Virus record (IMG/VR): IMGVR_UViG_3300033182_000980
Location: 310,001 to 374,000 of that record
Direction: 5' to 3' (one strand)
DNA length: 64,000 nt
The position numbers and the translations under genes are program-made. Below, one piece after another: positions 1 to 9,594 of the stretch. Each line of letters begins with the position of its first letter. The stretch's first letter is position 1. The notes below the pieces were generated by a model, which saw only the letters and a list, made by a program, of their open reading frames with translations, had not been told where the DNA came from and did no database searches.

Positions 1-2
1 TG

Positions 3-617
3 AGTCCAGAAGATCGAGATCGTCTTAGGGTAGGGTTAGGGTTGGACGGTGAGATACGAGACACCGAAGATAATAGAATCGAAGATGAAGTAAGTGCGTT
101 AGCAAACAGGCTTATGACTCGTAGTGATGAGCAGGTCATCACGAACATTCCTTCATCTCTTGCCGAGATTTATCCAAGCGAAGATGGGAATGAGGTTTGT
201 GAATGTAGAATACACAGTACAGACGCAATCTTATTGGAGGGGTCATTAGACTTAGACAACTTCTTAGAGATTGAGAATCCAGCACTTAGAGGTATTAGAA
301 ACATGACCGAGAAGAAGGCAGTTGAATGGAGAGAGCATCAGACAGCTCTGCGTGGCGAAAACCTTACACGACCAGTACCAGGACAAGGGGGCTTTGCCAC
401 CTCGTCCTCATTTGGGTCGGACTTTGATTTTAACAATCGTGGCAACAATCGTTTGCTGAACTCGTTTACTAGGGTCAATGAAAACAACGAGCTTGAGTTT
501 GCGAACCCATTTGCAGGGGCTGTCTCAAGTGCGAGTGCAGGGGCTGATCAGTTAAGCGATCAAGCAAGAGCCATCAAAGCGGCTTCCGAACGATTAGGAG
601 GAGATGATAATGACTGA
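3..617 (+). CDS. C-terminal part of a probable virion/baseplate protein (5' truncated)
   Basis: Frame is open from position 3 through the TTG at 42; overlaps the start of the spike-like gene. Confidence 0.55.
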   Translation, partial: SPEDRDRLRVGLGLDGEIRDTEDNRIEDEVSALANRLMTRSDEQVITNIPSSLAEIYPSEDGNEVCECRIHSTDAILLEGSLDLDNFLEIENPALRGIRNMTEKKAVEWREHQTALRGENLTRPVPGQGGFATSSSFGSDFDFNNRGNNRLLNSFTRVNENNELEFANPFAGAVSSASAGADQLSDQARAIKAASERLGGDDND

Positions 618-2907
618 TGTAAACTTAATGAGGGAACAAAACGCAATAGATAACATGAACGCTGACTCAAGCAGAGGCTGGTCAGCTCTTTCGATGTGTA
701 TTGCTCAGATTGTTGAGATTCATTGGGAGGAGATGAGGTGTACTTTAGAAATCCTTAATGGGAACGGAGCTGACACGAGGGCATTAACAGGGGTGGAACT
801 ACTGATGCCTTCTATGGGTAATCGCCACTTCATGGGAGGCATACCAGAGATTGGTGATCAATGTGTTGTGGGTTGGTTTGCACATGACACAAGAGCAGGC
901 ACAGCAGGTAAGACCCCTGCCATCTTAGCGTGGTGGCCTTCAACACCTTGGGTCAGACATGATTGGCACATGACTCAAGGTTTCGACCCCGATGAAAACA
1001 TAATGGAGGACAATGTAAATAGACAGATTGTCCAAAACTTTTATCAGCGTATCCGACATAAAATGAGACACTTCTCTCCTGGCAATATAGGAGCGAGTTC
1101 ATCTCAAGGGTCAGATATGGTTCTTGATGAGAGCGTCTTGTTGAGCAATCGGAGAGCGAATGAGATCATCATAAGAGATCAAGACCAAGCGATCATTATG
1201 AGATCTTTACAGCAGTTTCATGCGATGTCGGGAGCTAGGGTCTATGCTGGTATGGTTCAAAGAGATGCTAGGACTTTACCGAGAGAGATGTTCTCTGATG
1301 GGATCAAATGGGATGCCAACATACAAATAGACTCCGAGGGTAATCCTTATAATCCATTTAGTGGTGGCGAGGGCTTTGAAAACCCTTTAGAGCAAGGAGA
1401 GCTACAGCCTCATCCAGTTTTCCAAAGAGACGAATTTGAGGGAGTCGGTGTAAACATTGAGGGTGAGCGTACCAACTATAAAGGTAGGTTTCCGACTCAT
1501 TTAGACCCTTATGTTTTCTTGTACAACGCAGGGTTTGTGGATGATAACTATGATGAGCTGAACGAAGAAAGCGACATCATTTATGGTGGTAAGTCGATAC
1601 TAAGAGTCGGTAATGAGTTTGGTAAAAATGCGTTTGATAATGGTCAAGCCTTTACCGAGTATCGTATTGAGATGAACCACCTAACAGACGGTATTCTTCC
1701 TGTAACCGAACAGACAGATGGGTTTGACTCTGATAGGGCGAGCAATAGACCTAACGAGAACAGGACTCCTCCATTTATCGAATGGGTGCTAGGAACACCT
1801 GTAGGGAATGATGCGTTTTCAGCTAAGGGCAAAGCTGAATACGGACTACCTGTCGTACCTAGTTTAGCAAATCTTGGAGTGGCGAATGGAGAAACACCTT
1901 TCGCAGATCATGCGGCGACTCTCTTAAGAATCACACCTGTTGTCCCTAACACAGACGACTCTTTTGTGTCATTTACGAAGGGTGGGAAGCTCAAGGCTAA
2001 GATTTCTAGTCCGTCACAAGATGCTTTTGAGGCTAGAGTAGAAGGTGGAGCTTTATTAGAGGTCAATAATGACTTGTCGATACAAAGTGAGAGGACAACG
2101 GTCACAAGTGCGACCAAGACGAACATCAACTCTTTGGGGTCTGTTGAGATCAATGGTTCGGGTAGTGAAGAGGGAGAGCCATTAGGAGGTTCTGACAACT
2201 CGGTGTCTGTTATTATCAAAGGCACTAAGCGTATCAGCATACAGTCGGACACAGCAGTAGCTTTCAAAGCACCTGTCGTTGATTTTTCTCAAGTGGGTCA
2301 GTTGAGGTTAGCTTCATCCGACCAAATGGAGTTCAATACAGGGGCAGGGTTATCACAGACAGCCGATACGATTAAGCAATCGTCTATGGGTCAGTTTGAG
2401 CAAGTGTGTGGTGGACCAGCAGGGTTTAACCCCCTTGCAGGACCAGCTCGAAAAGTGACGGTTACCGAGTCTCCTGCAACTGGTGGTGCAGGATTACCTT
2501 CAGACTCATACACAAATGCTTTTGGTGGTAAGTCAGAAATCTACATTGGACCCGCCACGAACACCAAGACACTCGCTGTTGGTACAGAGACTACAACCAT
2601 CACGGCAGGTTCAGATCAAACAGTTGTGGGTACGACTGTGCAAATGACCGACCCGACAGGCACTAAGTTTTTAGCTCCTGCAGGTTCTGTTGTAGCGACA
2701 GCAGGTACAGTCATAGCTATGGCGGCAAATGTGGTTGCGTTAAAAGGAACTGCGAATGTGTCTATAAGTGGAGCTTCTATTGTGCTTGGTTCTCCAGGTG
2801 CGGCTGTCGGACCAATCGTGTGTGGTTCGGACATACACCCGATCTTAGGTGTGCCTTTCTTGAGTTTCTGTCCACCTAGAGGTCAGAACCTAGCGATTCT
2901 ACCTTAA
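604..2907 (+). CDS. Baseplate central spike, gp5/VgrG-like
   Basis: N-terminal OB-fold-like segment (GGIPEIGDQCVVGW); T/G/V-rich beta-strand C-terminus ending in C/H-containing GPIVCGSDIHP. Confidence 0.6.
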   Translation: MIMTDVNLMREQNAIDNMNADSSRGWSALSMCIAQIVEIHWEEMRCTLEILNGNGADTRALTGVELLMPSMGNRHFMGGIPEIGDQCVVGWFAHDTRAGTAGKTPAILAWWPSTPWVRHDWHMTQGFDPDENIMEDNVNRQIVQNFYQRIRHKMRHFSPGNIGASSSQGSDMVLDESVLLSNRRANEIIIRDQDQAIIMRSLQQFHAMSGARVYAGMVQRDARTLPREMFSDGIKWDANIQIDSEGNPYNPFSGGEGFENPLEQGELQPHPVFQRDEFEGVGVNIEGERTNYKGRFPTHLDPYVFLYNAGFVDDNYDELNEESDIIYGGKSILRVGNEFGKNAFDNGQAFTEYRIEMNHLTDGILPVTEQTDGFDSDRASNRPNENRTPPFIEWVLGTPVGNDAFSAKGKAEYGLPVVPSLANLGVANGETPFADHAATLLRITPVVPNTDDSFVSFTKGGKLKAKISSPSQDAFEARVEGGALLEVNNDLSIQSERTTVTSATKTNINSLGSVEINGSGSEEGEPLGGSDNSVSVIIKGTKRISIQSDTAVAFKAPVVDFSQVGQLRLASSDQMEFNTGAGLSQTADTIKQSSMGQFEQVCGGPAGFNPLAGPARKVTVTESPATGGAGLPSDSYTNAFGGKSEIYIGPATNTKTLAVGTETTTITAGSDQTVVGTTVQMTDPTGTKFLAPAGSVVATAGTVIAMAANVVALKGTANVSISGASIVLGSPGAAVGPIVCGSDIHPILGVPFLSFCPPRGQNLAILP

Positions 2908-3365
2908 GGCCAGTAATAATCCATACCTGCTTCATCAAATGGGAAATAGTCTTTATAATGCTCGTAGTCTTTCTCTAAGAGCTTAGACCTATGCGACCTA
3001 TGGACTAACTCATTACCCCACCATACAGGGGCATTTTTGAACGCATTTGGGTGTTGTTCTCTCCAACCCTCAAAGCGTTCAAGCATGGTGTCTTTATATC
3101 CACGCTCAATCCATTCTTTACAAATGGCTTCCGAGTAAAGGCACAAGAACCACTCATGCCCTTTCCACATAAGGACAGCAGGGTGTTCAATCCAACCCCT
3201 CTTACGCTTTACCCCACGCTTGTCTGTCATGTAGAGATCATTACGCTCTATATGACCAAGCGTGTTGAGTATCTGATAGGACTCGACCCTTTGCTTGCCG
3301 AGTCGTTGTCGATCTAAAGACCAAGAGATGAACTCAAGGTCATCACTAGGTACGAAGGTTTGCAT
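2904..3365 (-). CDS. Pyrimidine-dimer DNA glycosylase-like protein (MSMEG_6728-type)
   Basis: MQTFVP, LDRQRLGKQRVESYQIL, HPAVLMWKG and HRSHRSKLLEKD motifs. Confidence 0.75.
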   Translation of the reverse strand: MQTFVPSDDLEFISWSLDRQRLGKQRVESYQILNTLGHIERNDLYMTDKRGVKRKRGWIEHPAVLMWKGHEWFLCLYSEAICKEWIERGYKDTMLERFEGWREQHPNAFKNAPVWWGNELVHRSHRSKLLEKDYEHYKDYFPFDEAGMDYYWP

Positions 3366-3790
3366 TAGCTCTCGTCCTCCTCTTTCAGACCTACTATGAA
3401 CAGGGGAGATAAGAAGAGGGATAAGCCACTAAGAAAGCCAGTAGCCTTGCAAATGCCTATCGTGTCGTCTGCGTCCTCCATTTTTTGTTTTGCAGAAGAT
3501 AGCTCTACTTGATCACTATCCGAAGGGACAGAGACACATTGCATCATCCATTTAGGGCGATACAGAGTTCCTGTCTCAGCTCCGACATACCTGTGGTATC
3601 GGGTGTGTGCTCCATGATACATTTTCCTGCCCCGATAGTAGACTAGCTCGGACATCCCATTACATTCCAATGGGATATGTGATTGAACACTACCAACCTC
3701 TCTCCGAGCTGTTCGGTAGTCGCTGTAGGAAGAGGTACATTGTACTACCGACAGACTAAACATGATTGTTAAGGTTATTAGGGCGTTCAT
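3365..3790 (-). CDS. Hypothetical membrane protein
   Basis: Hydrophobic N- and C-terminal segments; AGGAG RBS; follows element at 3823. Confidence 0.65.
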   Translation of the reverse strand: MNALITLTIMFSLSVVQCTSSYSDYRTARREVGSVQSHIPLECNGMSELVYYRGRKMYHGAHTRYHRYVGAETGTLYRPKWMMQCVSVPSDSDQVELSSAKQKMEDADDTIGICKATGFLSGLSLFLSPLFIVGLKEEDES

Positions 3791-3822
3791 TTGTTCTCCT
3801 TTGAGAGTAGTTATATTATGTT

Positions 3823-3839
3823 ATGTATAAGGGGTTACG
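3823..3839 (-). promoter_or_regulatory. Class-1 element (consensus TGTAACCCCTTATCTAT)
   Basis: cgtaaccccttatacat on minus strand, upstream of 3790. Confidence 0.65.
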
Positions 3840-3879
3840 CTTCCTAGATTATCTATTGTCGCACCTTATGTAAGGAGGT

Positions 3880-4173
3880 GTGATAATGAGAACACTAAAC
3901 GAAGCCATAGTTATTGTTAAGAGCCTGTTTTCTGCTCCATTGGGTAGTTTCCCTAAAGGTGGGATAGAAAGCTCTTTAAGGGTGCGTTTAAGCACCTCTC
4001 CGACCACACTCACACTGATCTCTGAACATGACTTGTCAGTTTCTCTTAGTAGGGGTGAGGACAAGTGGATCGTTCATTATCTTGATGTTGAGAGAACCTT
4101 TGATGACTTAGGTGATGCTGTCTTTGCTTTGGTCGAGCCTATCATCCGAGTTGAGGTGTCAAAGCGTTTATAG
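3880..4173 (+). CDS. Hypothetical protein
   Basis: 97 aa ORF with AGGAGG RBS. Confidence 0.6.
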   Translation: MIMRTLNEAIVIVKSLFSAPLGSFPKGGIESSLRVRLSTSPTTLTLISEHDLSVSLSRGEDKWIVHYLDVERTFDDLGDAVFALVEPIIRVEVSKRL

Positions 4174-4182
4174 TTTCTTTAT
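4171..4182 (+). promoter_or_regulatory. Class-2 upstream motif TAGTTTCTTTAT (putative late promoter)
   Basis: 60 bp before the ATG at 4231; recurs at the same spacing before related genes. Confidence 0.55.
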
Positions 4183-4230
4183 GGGTTCGCCATTGGTGAT
4201 CTAACCTTAACCGACAATGGAGACTGACTT

Positions 4231-4899
4231 ATGAGAAGATCAGCCAGCGAGATTATTAGAAATCTTGAGATGAGGGTGACTCGTCTTGAAAAAGAAGCTA
4301 AAGAGTCATACCCTTGGGATGACTGCATGAAAGACCAAATGGAGCAGTATGGAGACGAAGAAACTGCGGCCAAGGTCTGTGGTAAAATCAAAGCACAATC
4401 ACAAGGTCTAGGTAAGTACAAGTCAGCCAGCGTCACAGAGCGTGATGTCATTGACGCTATGAATAAGTTTAAGAGCCTATATGAAGCTGGGTTCTTAGAC
4501 AGGGCTACTTATGAGACTCATTGGGATAGGCTTCAAGATCAACTCGCTGACTTTAGGCTTGAAGATGATGATCTTGACGATCCCTCAGTGCCAAAGGTTG
4601 GGGACATTCTTTACTCGTCATGGGGATACAATATGACCCTCGTTGATTTCTACAAGGTCATGGCAGTCTCTCCAAGTGGTAAGTCCATCACCCTGCAAAT
4701 GCTAGAGTCAGATGTAGTAGACGGTGATGCTGGTTATTCGGGTCATGTTATGCCCTCAAGACATGAGAACAGGCGTGAGAAGCCAATCAAGAACAAAAGG
4801 GTATCACCGAGTCGTGATGGGTACTCTGTTAAGATCAACTCATCAGCTAATGCTTACAAGTGGGACGGCAAGAAGAAATACTTCAATCGCATGGATTAG
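4231..4899 (+). CDS. MRRSASE-leader protein 1
   Basis: N-terminus shared with 7936 and 55994; C-terminal domain with GDILYSSWGYNMTLVDFYKV. Confidence 0.75.
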   Translation: MRRSASEIIRNLEMRVTRLEKEAKESYPWDDCMKDQMEQYGDEETAAKVCGKIKAQSQGLGKYKSASVTERDVIDAMNKFKSLYEAGFLDRATYETHWDRLQDQLADFRLEDDDLDDPSVPKVGDILYSSWGYNMTLVDFYKVMAVSPSGKSITLQMLESDVVDGDAGYSGHVMPSRHENRREKPIKNKRVSPSRDGYSVKINSSANAYKWDGKKKYFNRMD

Positions 4900-5167
4900 G
4901 CTTCCAACGGTATGTATGGACGACCTCATCATTCACCATTTGAGCGTCATGGGTGAAAGTGCCATTGTCATAGAAGTAGGTTAAGAGCTTGCCCTTTTGA
5001 GAGGCTACATCTTTGTGTACCATCTCAAGCTCATCAATGGTGATGACATCGGCTTTGGTGAAACCCTCGATCTCACCTTGCTCATTGTAGACCACCTCTG
5101 CGATCATGCCGATCTCATCTTCGCCCTCTTGGGCGACCTTTATCATACGATAGTTCCAGTTAAACAT
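4883..5167 (-). CDS. Hypothetical protein
   Basis: 94 aa ORF; GGAG RBS; in a minus-strand run. Confidence 0.6.
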   Translation of the reverse strand: MFNWNYRMIKVAQEGEDEIGMIAEVVYNEQGEIEGFTKADVITIDELEMVHKDVASQKGKLLTYFYDNGTFTHDAQMVNDEVVHTYRWKPNPCD

Positions 5168-5168
5168 T

Positions 5169-5624
5169 TTAGTCTCCGTGTACGAGTTGGTTGTATGTTT
5201 CCTCTAGGCTTTTTAGGTCGTGCTTAAGCATCAGTAGGTCTTGGATTTCGGAAGCTAGACCCCAGTTTCCATGATCTATGCCCTCACCATTGGTTGGGGA
5301 TTTACAATCCTTGTAGTAGGAGTGTATCTCTTCCCCTGGATAACACGCTGGATCACGAGGGTCATATCCATCAGCGATACATTCCTCGATATAGTCTGAT
5401 CCATACTCAGCCTCGTAGTCCAAAGGGATGAGGTCTTTGGTCATGTCTAGTGGGTCAAGACCTTTGAGGACACATTCTTTACACAGGATTGTCTCATAAC
5501 ACCCATTATAAGAGGGAATGACCCGACCACCTCGACCCATACAGGCTTTGCAAGAGCGAGGGTGCTGTTGAACGATTTGAGCATGGATTTGAGCGATCTT
5601 TGTGTCTATGGCTTGTTGGTTCAT
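5169..5624 (-). CDS. CxxCxGxG...CxxC zinc-finger family protein
   Basis: HPRSCKACMGRGG...CKECVLKGLDPLD; start moved to MNQQ after an AAGGAG RBS. Confidence 0.65.
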   Translation of the reverse strand: MNQQAIDTKIAQIHAQIVQQHPRSCKACMGRGGRVIPSYNGCYETILCKECVLKGLDPLDMTKDLIPLDYEAEYGSDYIEECIADGYDPRDPACYPGEEIHSYYKDCKSPTNGEGIDHGNWGLASEIQDLLMLKHDLKSLEETYNQLVHGD

Positions 5625-5661
5625 TTGGTTCTCCTTTATAGAGTTAGTGATGTTCAAAGAC

Positions 5662-5979
5662 CTACTCGTCTGTGTAGATGATTGTGCAGTTTCCCGACAC
5701 CCCTGCACTTACTGGCTTGGTGGTGTCGATGTGTCTCCACTCACCGTCCACAGCGATGACATCCCATCGGGCGAAGTACCCGTCGCTGTGTTGCTCATTC
5801 ATGATCTTCCCTGTGGATAGACCATGAAAGATAAGTCGCTCACCGCTGTAGCATTTAACCTCGGCTCGATTGCCAAGTACAGCGTACTTATCCCAATCGG
5901 CATCGGTACAGCCTGTAAAGACCTCTAGGGCAACGATTAGACAGATCCCCATGAGGGGATAAAACACATTGTTTCTCAT
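5662..5979 (-). CDS. Putative lipoprotein
   Basis: Signal peptide with lipobox-like FTGC; start moved to MRNN. Confidence 0.55.
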   Translation of the reverse strand: MRNNVFYPLMGICLIVALEVFTGCTDADWDKYAVLGNRAEVKCYSGERLIFHGLSTGKIMNEQHSDGYFARWDVIAVDGEWRHIDTTKPVSAGVSGNCTIIYTDE

Positions 5980-5980
5980 A

Positions 5981-6307
5981 CTACTTTCCTTGAGTGTATT
6001 CGGGTTTAGAGTCATAGTCCAAAGAGCGTTGACGAGGGGTGCGAGTATCGCCTTCTGGCTTAGGTTGGAAAACGATGCTTGCACCTACCTCGATGGGTGA
6101 TCCGATGCTCTTTAGGTTCTCCCCAATCTTTGAGCTAACATAGAAGCTCACATCAGCGAACATATTCATACCTTGACGGTAGTCTCCCTCACCTAAGACC
6201 ACTCGGAAGATTTGATCAAGAGCCTCTTGGTCTGACATAGTGCTAGGCACTTTTACATTCTTGAGGACAAGCCCCAAGTCGATGTTCATTTCTCTGGTAT
6301 CTGACAT
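5981..6307 (-). CDS. Hypothetical protein
   Basis: 108 aa ORF, tightly packed. Confidence 0.6.
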   Translation of the reverse strand: MSDTREMNIDLGLVLKNVKVPSTMSDQEALDQIFRVVLGEGDYRQGMNMFADVSFYVSSKIGENLKSIGSPIEVGASIVFQPKPEGDTRTPRQRSLDYDSKPEYTQGK

Positions 6308-6322
6308 GGTATTCCTTCTTTC

Positions 6323-6790
6323 TTAAGAGAGAGTGCTTGGTGTTGAGAGGTTAGGGTGGAGGCGATACTTGAGCGTCTTGACCTTATCCTCGCCTTGATC
6401 CTGTAGCTTATCGAAGCCATGTAAGACTCGGTAGGTTAGCTCGACACAAGACCCATAAGCGTCATAGTCCGAAGCGACACGCCCTGTACCTTGACAGGCA
6501 TTTGAGAGGGCTTTCCAAGTTGGCTCAGCCCCATTGAGTAGTCGAGTGATGTTCTCGATAGCTCGACCCTTTTCAAAGGTATAAGAGTTGCGACCCCATG
6601 CGGTCACTCGGACAAAGAGGTTTTTGAGAGGGAGTCGGATAACATACTCCCACACATTCCATCGGTCGCTTGAGTCAGAGCGACCATAGGCGAACTCGAC
6701 CTCACCGATGATCTCACCGTCTCGGACGATGACATCGGTCTTGTTGTAGTGGCTCTTATCGCCACGCTTATAACCCACTAACTTTATCAT
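6323..6790 (-). CDS. Hypothetical protein
   Basis: 155 aa; AAGGAG RBS; follows element at 6848. Confidence 0.65.
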   Translation of the reverse strand: MIKLVGYKRGDKSHYNKTDVIVRDGEIIGEVEFAYGRSDSSDRWNVWEYVIRLPLKNLFVRVTAWGRNSYTFEKGRAIENITRLLNGAEPTWKALSNACQGTGRVASDYDAYGSCVELTYRVLHGFDKLQDQGEDKVKTLKYRLHPNLSTPSTLS

Positions 6791-6847
6791 AGTGTCTCCT
6801 TTATGAGAGTTGATATGGAGGCTGACTTAGCCTCACTACACTATGAT

Positions 6848-6864
6848 ATAGATAAGGGGTTACA
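6848..6864 (-). promoter_or_regulatory. Class-1 element
   Basis: Exact consensus on minus strand. Confidence 0.75.
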
Positions 6865-6871
6865 ACAGCTC

Positions 6872-7255
6872 TTATCCTTCAGGGAACAGGTTGTCTACGC
6901 TCTCCTCAACAAAGGGGGAGGGTTCTTCCTCTTGAGCGTTCTGATTGCCTTGGTGAGCGAGGAGTCGTACCTCAATGGACTTACCGAACAGTTGCTTGCG
7001 TGAGAGCGATTTAACGATGTCCTTATCCCATTCAACCACGCTGTACAGATCGGTGTCCTCAAAGTCGAACATATCTGTATGAACAAGTGCGAGCTTGAGG
7101 GCATCAGAAGGTGTCTCGGCAAAGTCGGTGCGTATGATCTTATACTCATCATCTTCATCAGACCTTGAGGACAGACAGATCCCGAACGCATATTGATTGC
7201 GAGGCATGGATTTGAGGAAAAAGGATGAGCCACGCTTTGGCTTAAAGTTATTCAT
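6872..7255 (-). CDS. Hypothetical protein
   Basis: 127 aa; AGGAG RBS. Confidence 0.6.
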   Translation of the reverse strand: MNNFKPKRGSSFFLKSMPRNQYAFGICLSSRSDEDDEYKIIRTDFAETPSDALKLALVHTDMFDFEDTDLYSVVEWDKDIVKSLSRKQLFGKSIEVRLLAHQGNQNAQEEEPSPFVEESVDNLFPEG

Positions 7256-7293
7256 ATTGTCATCTCCTGTAGGAGTGGTTGTTGATTTTTAGG

Positions 7294-7605
7294 TTATATG
7301 AAAAGTAGGATTACCGAGACTGAAAAGCAGAGGTTTCTCACAAATAAGAGAGAAGCCCTTTCGACAACCAGATCCTTGATCTCCTCGTTATTCTCCATGT
7401 CCTCATATCGTATGAGTGAACCATTCTCTATGTGGTCAATCGTCTCTGGATCATCAAGGTTGTCTTGGATCAGCAGGTACTTTTGAAAGTCTGATCTGTT
7501 CTCTGCGATTTCTTGTAGCTTTAAGAACACGAGATGGAGCAGAGCTTTACTGCGAATATGAGTGTAAGCGACAGCTACGCCAAGTGCGATTAAAAGTGGA
7601 GTCAT
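7294..7605 (-). CDS. Small two-TM membrane protein
   Basis: Hydrophobic termini. Confidence 0.55.
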   Translation of the reverse strand: MTPLLIALGVAVAYTHIRSKALLHLVFLKLQEIAENRSDFQKYLLIQDNLDDPETIDHIENGSLIRYEDMENNEEIKDLVVERASLLFVRNLCFSVSVILLFI

Positions 7606-7860
7606 TTAGTTTCCGAAGTTATCCTTTGGTTTCTTGATGTGGTTAGCAAGCTCTTTCCATTGAGCTTTACTTACGGATGAGTTTTTGAAGTAGTTGTTCT
7701 TGACCATCTTGTAAGATGATTCTGGAAAGTCTCGTTGAGATGCCTTAGCCCCTTGTGAGTTTTCAAGTAGCTCCTCGAACTCTTTGAATGGGACATCCGC
7801 CATAGAACAAATGACCTCTAAGGCTCTCTCTGCTGGTGTTTTGTTTCGACCTCTAGCCAT
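7606..7860 (-). CDS. Hypothetical protein
   Basis: 84 aa; AAGGAG RBS. Confidence 0.6.
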   Translation of the reverse strand: MARGRNKTPAERALEVICSMADVPFKEFEELLENSQGAKASQRDFPESSYKMVKNNYFKNSSVSKAQWKELANHIKKPKDNFGN

Positions 7861-7876
7861 GATGGGTACTCCTTTG

Positions 7877-7888
7877 TAGTTTATTTAT
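7877..7888 (+). promoter_or_regulatory. Class-2 motif TAGTTTATTTAT
   Basis: 59 bp before the ATG at 7936. Confidence 0.55.
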
Positions 7889-7935
7889 TGGCTACCAATG
7901 TTTATATGATTTAACCCTTGAATGGAGAATGACTT

Positions 7936-8385
7936 ATGAGAAGATCAGCTAGTGAAATTATTAATGACCTTGAGATGAGGGTCGCTCGTCTTGAGAAATC
8001 AGCAGTCAACCTCAGAATGAATCCAGCTAAAAAGAGTTCGGGTATAGAAGAGGTGGTTGATGCCCTTAAAGACGGAAGCCTTAACCTCTATGAGTTAAGC
8101 GACTTTGCTGTGAACACCTTGAGGGACAACTATCGAAGCCTCAAAGAAGTGAGACTAAGGAAAGAGTATGAGCAGAAACTCAGCGAGATCAACCCAAGTG
8201 CAGACCTTCGTAAGCTCCATGATTGGTATGCTCGACAAATGCGAGGTGATGTTGCTGGTGAGGCGAGCTTTAAGAAGTTTATGAAGCTGAAGCCAGATGT
8301 TGACTTAGGGATTCCCCTTCACTCAAGTATCAAGTATTACCTCTATCAAGCTCTGATTGCAAACCAGACACTTAGACTACCTTAA
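7936..8385 (+). CDS. MRRSASE-leader protein 2
   Basis: MRRSASEIINDLEMRVARLEK followed by an unrelated domain. Confidence 0.75.
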   Translation: MRRSASEIINDLEMRVARLEKSAVNLRMNPAKKSSGIEEVVDALKDGSLNLYELSDFAVNTLRDNYRSLKEVRLRKEYEQKLSEINPSADLRKLHDWYARQMRGDVAGEASFKKFMKLKPDVDLGIPLHSSIKYYLYQALIANQTLRLP

Positions 8386-8390
8386 GGGAG

Positions 8391-8690
8391 GTGATGAAAA
8401 TGGCACACTGCATCCTTCTAAAAAGACACCTAGATAACCTTGAGCTTGAAGCCTGTATGCTTTTGAAAGCCTATGAGAAAAACTCACATTTCATCGCTAA
8501 ATGTGCCGAGAAATCAAATGTCACCCTCACCAAGTCAAGAGTACAAGGTGGCGAGTCTGGTGATTTTATTTTCTTTTGGGTAGTTCCAAGTATGTTTAAT
8601 AATAGACTACCCGCTAAGGCACAGTTAAATAGGCTTAACGATTTTGTTGATCGGTTAGAAAGCACTAAACTTATTGTAGATATAATCTAA
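8391..8690 (+). CDS. Hypothetical protein
   Basis: 99 aa ORF; GGGAGG upstream. Confidence 0.5.
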   Translation: MMKMAHCILLKRHLDNLELEACMLLKAYEKNSHFIAKCAEKSNVTLTKSRVQGGESGDFIFFWVVPSMFNNRLPAKAQLNRLNDFVDRLESTKLIVDII

Positions 8691-8983
8691 TTGTTTTTCT
8701 TAACATAGACACCGTATCTAGCTCTGCCGATCAATCCCATCTGCTTCATATTTCCTAGCTCTTGGGAGATCTGGTCTCTTAGTCGGACACGATCTTTGGT
8801 GCTAGTAGTCTTTGAGGTTTTAGACTCGCCCTTCCTTAGATGAAAAGAGGGGTTGAGATTCTTGCCTTTGATATAAGCGTTGAGACAATCTTCAACTGTT
8901 TGTGGTGTTCCCACTTGGTTGAAGTGTATAGTTAAAAAGCGTCTTATATCTTGTCTTCTACTTATAGGCATAGTGATGTTCAC
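8687..8983 (-). CDS. Basic winged-helix-like protein
   Basis: C-terminal ISQELGNMKQMGLIGRARYGVY resembles a wHTH recognition helix and wing. Confidence 0.5.
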   Translation of the reverse strand: MNITMPISRRQDIRRFLTIHFNQVGTPQTVEDCLNAYIKGKNLNPSFHLRKGESKTSKTTSTKDRVRLRDQISQELGNMKQMGLIGRARYGVYVKKNN

Positions 8984-9317
8984 AGAGATTAAAAATGGTA
9001 AGCGTTGTTGTCAATATCCTTCACTTTATATTACCCCTTGGGATTACCTTAAAGCAGTTTTAAATGAGTCTGGTTTTGTAGATCAACAGAAGGCATCTTC
9101 AAGGGAGTACATTGTAAAGGGTTGTGATAACAAGATTTTGCTCTATGTGAAGTTCAACACAGAAGAAATGTGTAAGATCGTATTTGTCGCTGAGTGCGGT
9201 GAGAATCTGTCTTGTGAGCTATATTGGAATCACCGAGGCAACTTCCATGAGAACGGAGACTTGGTTCTCTTTAACATTCGGAAGATCTGGTCCTCTTTGA
9301 CCACTCTTGACGAATGA
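8976..9317 (+). CDS. E.GF / IR..W paralog family member
   Basis: VLNESGFV ... NIRKIWSS; start placed at MFTE. Confidence 0.5.
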   Translation: MFTEIKNGKRCCQYPSLYITPWDYLKAVLNESGFVDQQKASSREYIVKGCDNKILLYVKFNTEEMCKIVFVAECGENLSCELYWNHRGNFHENGDLVLFNIRKIWSSLTTLDE

Positions 9318-9594
9318 GGTCAAAGAAATCTTGAGAATCACTTATGAGATAGGGGCATTGATTATCGAAACCCCATGTGGCGTTGTTAGTATTCACTAGG
9401 ATGTAAATATCTGTATCAGCTAAGTACCAACGCTCCACCCCTGCATATTCCCCATACTTTTTGAACCCACTCTCGATAAGTCCGACAGAAAAGAACATCA
9501 AACATTTGTTCTCTTTGCCCTCTTTAAACGCTTCTAGGGCTTTGTTCGACCATCCTCTTTTGAAGTCGATTTTGTTTGTGGCGAGAGAGATCAT
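9271..9594 (-). CDS. E.GF / IR..W paralog family member
   Basis: GLIESGFKK ... FFDLIRQEWS. Confidence 0.55.
   Translation of the reverse strand: MISLATNKIDFKRGWSNKALEAFKEGKENKCLMFFSVGLIESGFKKYGEYAGVERWYLADTDIYILVNTNNATWGFDNQCPYLISDSQDFFDLIRQEWSKRTRSSEC

Noticed and set aside
25-43. TTAGGG telomere-like repeats at the window start
   Set aside because: Only about three imperfect units, inside an open reading frame (LRVGLGL)
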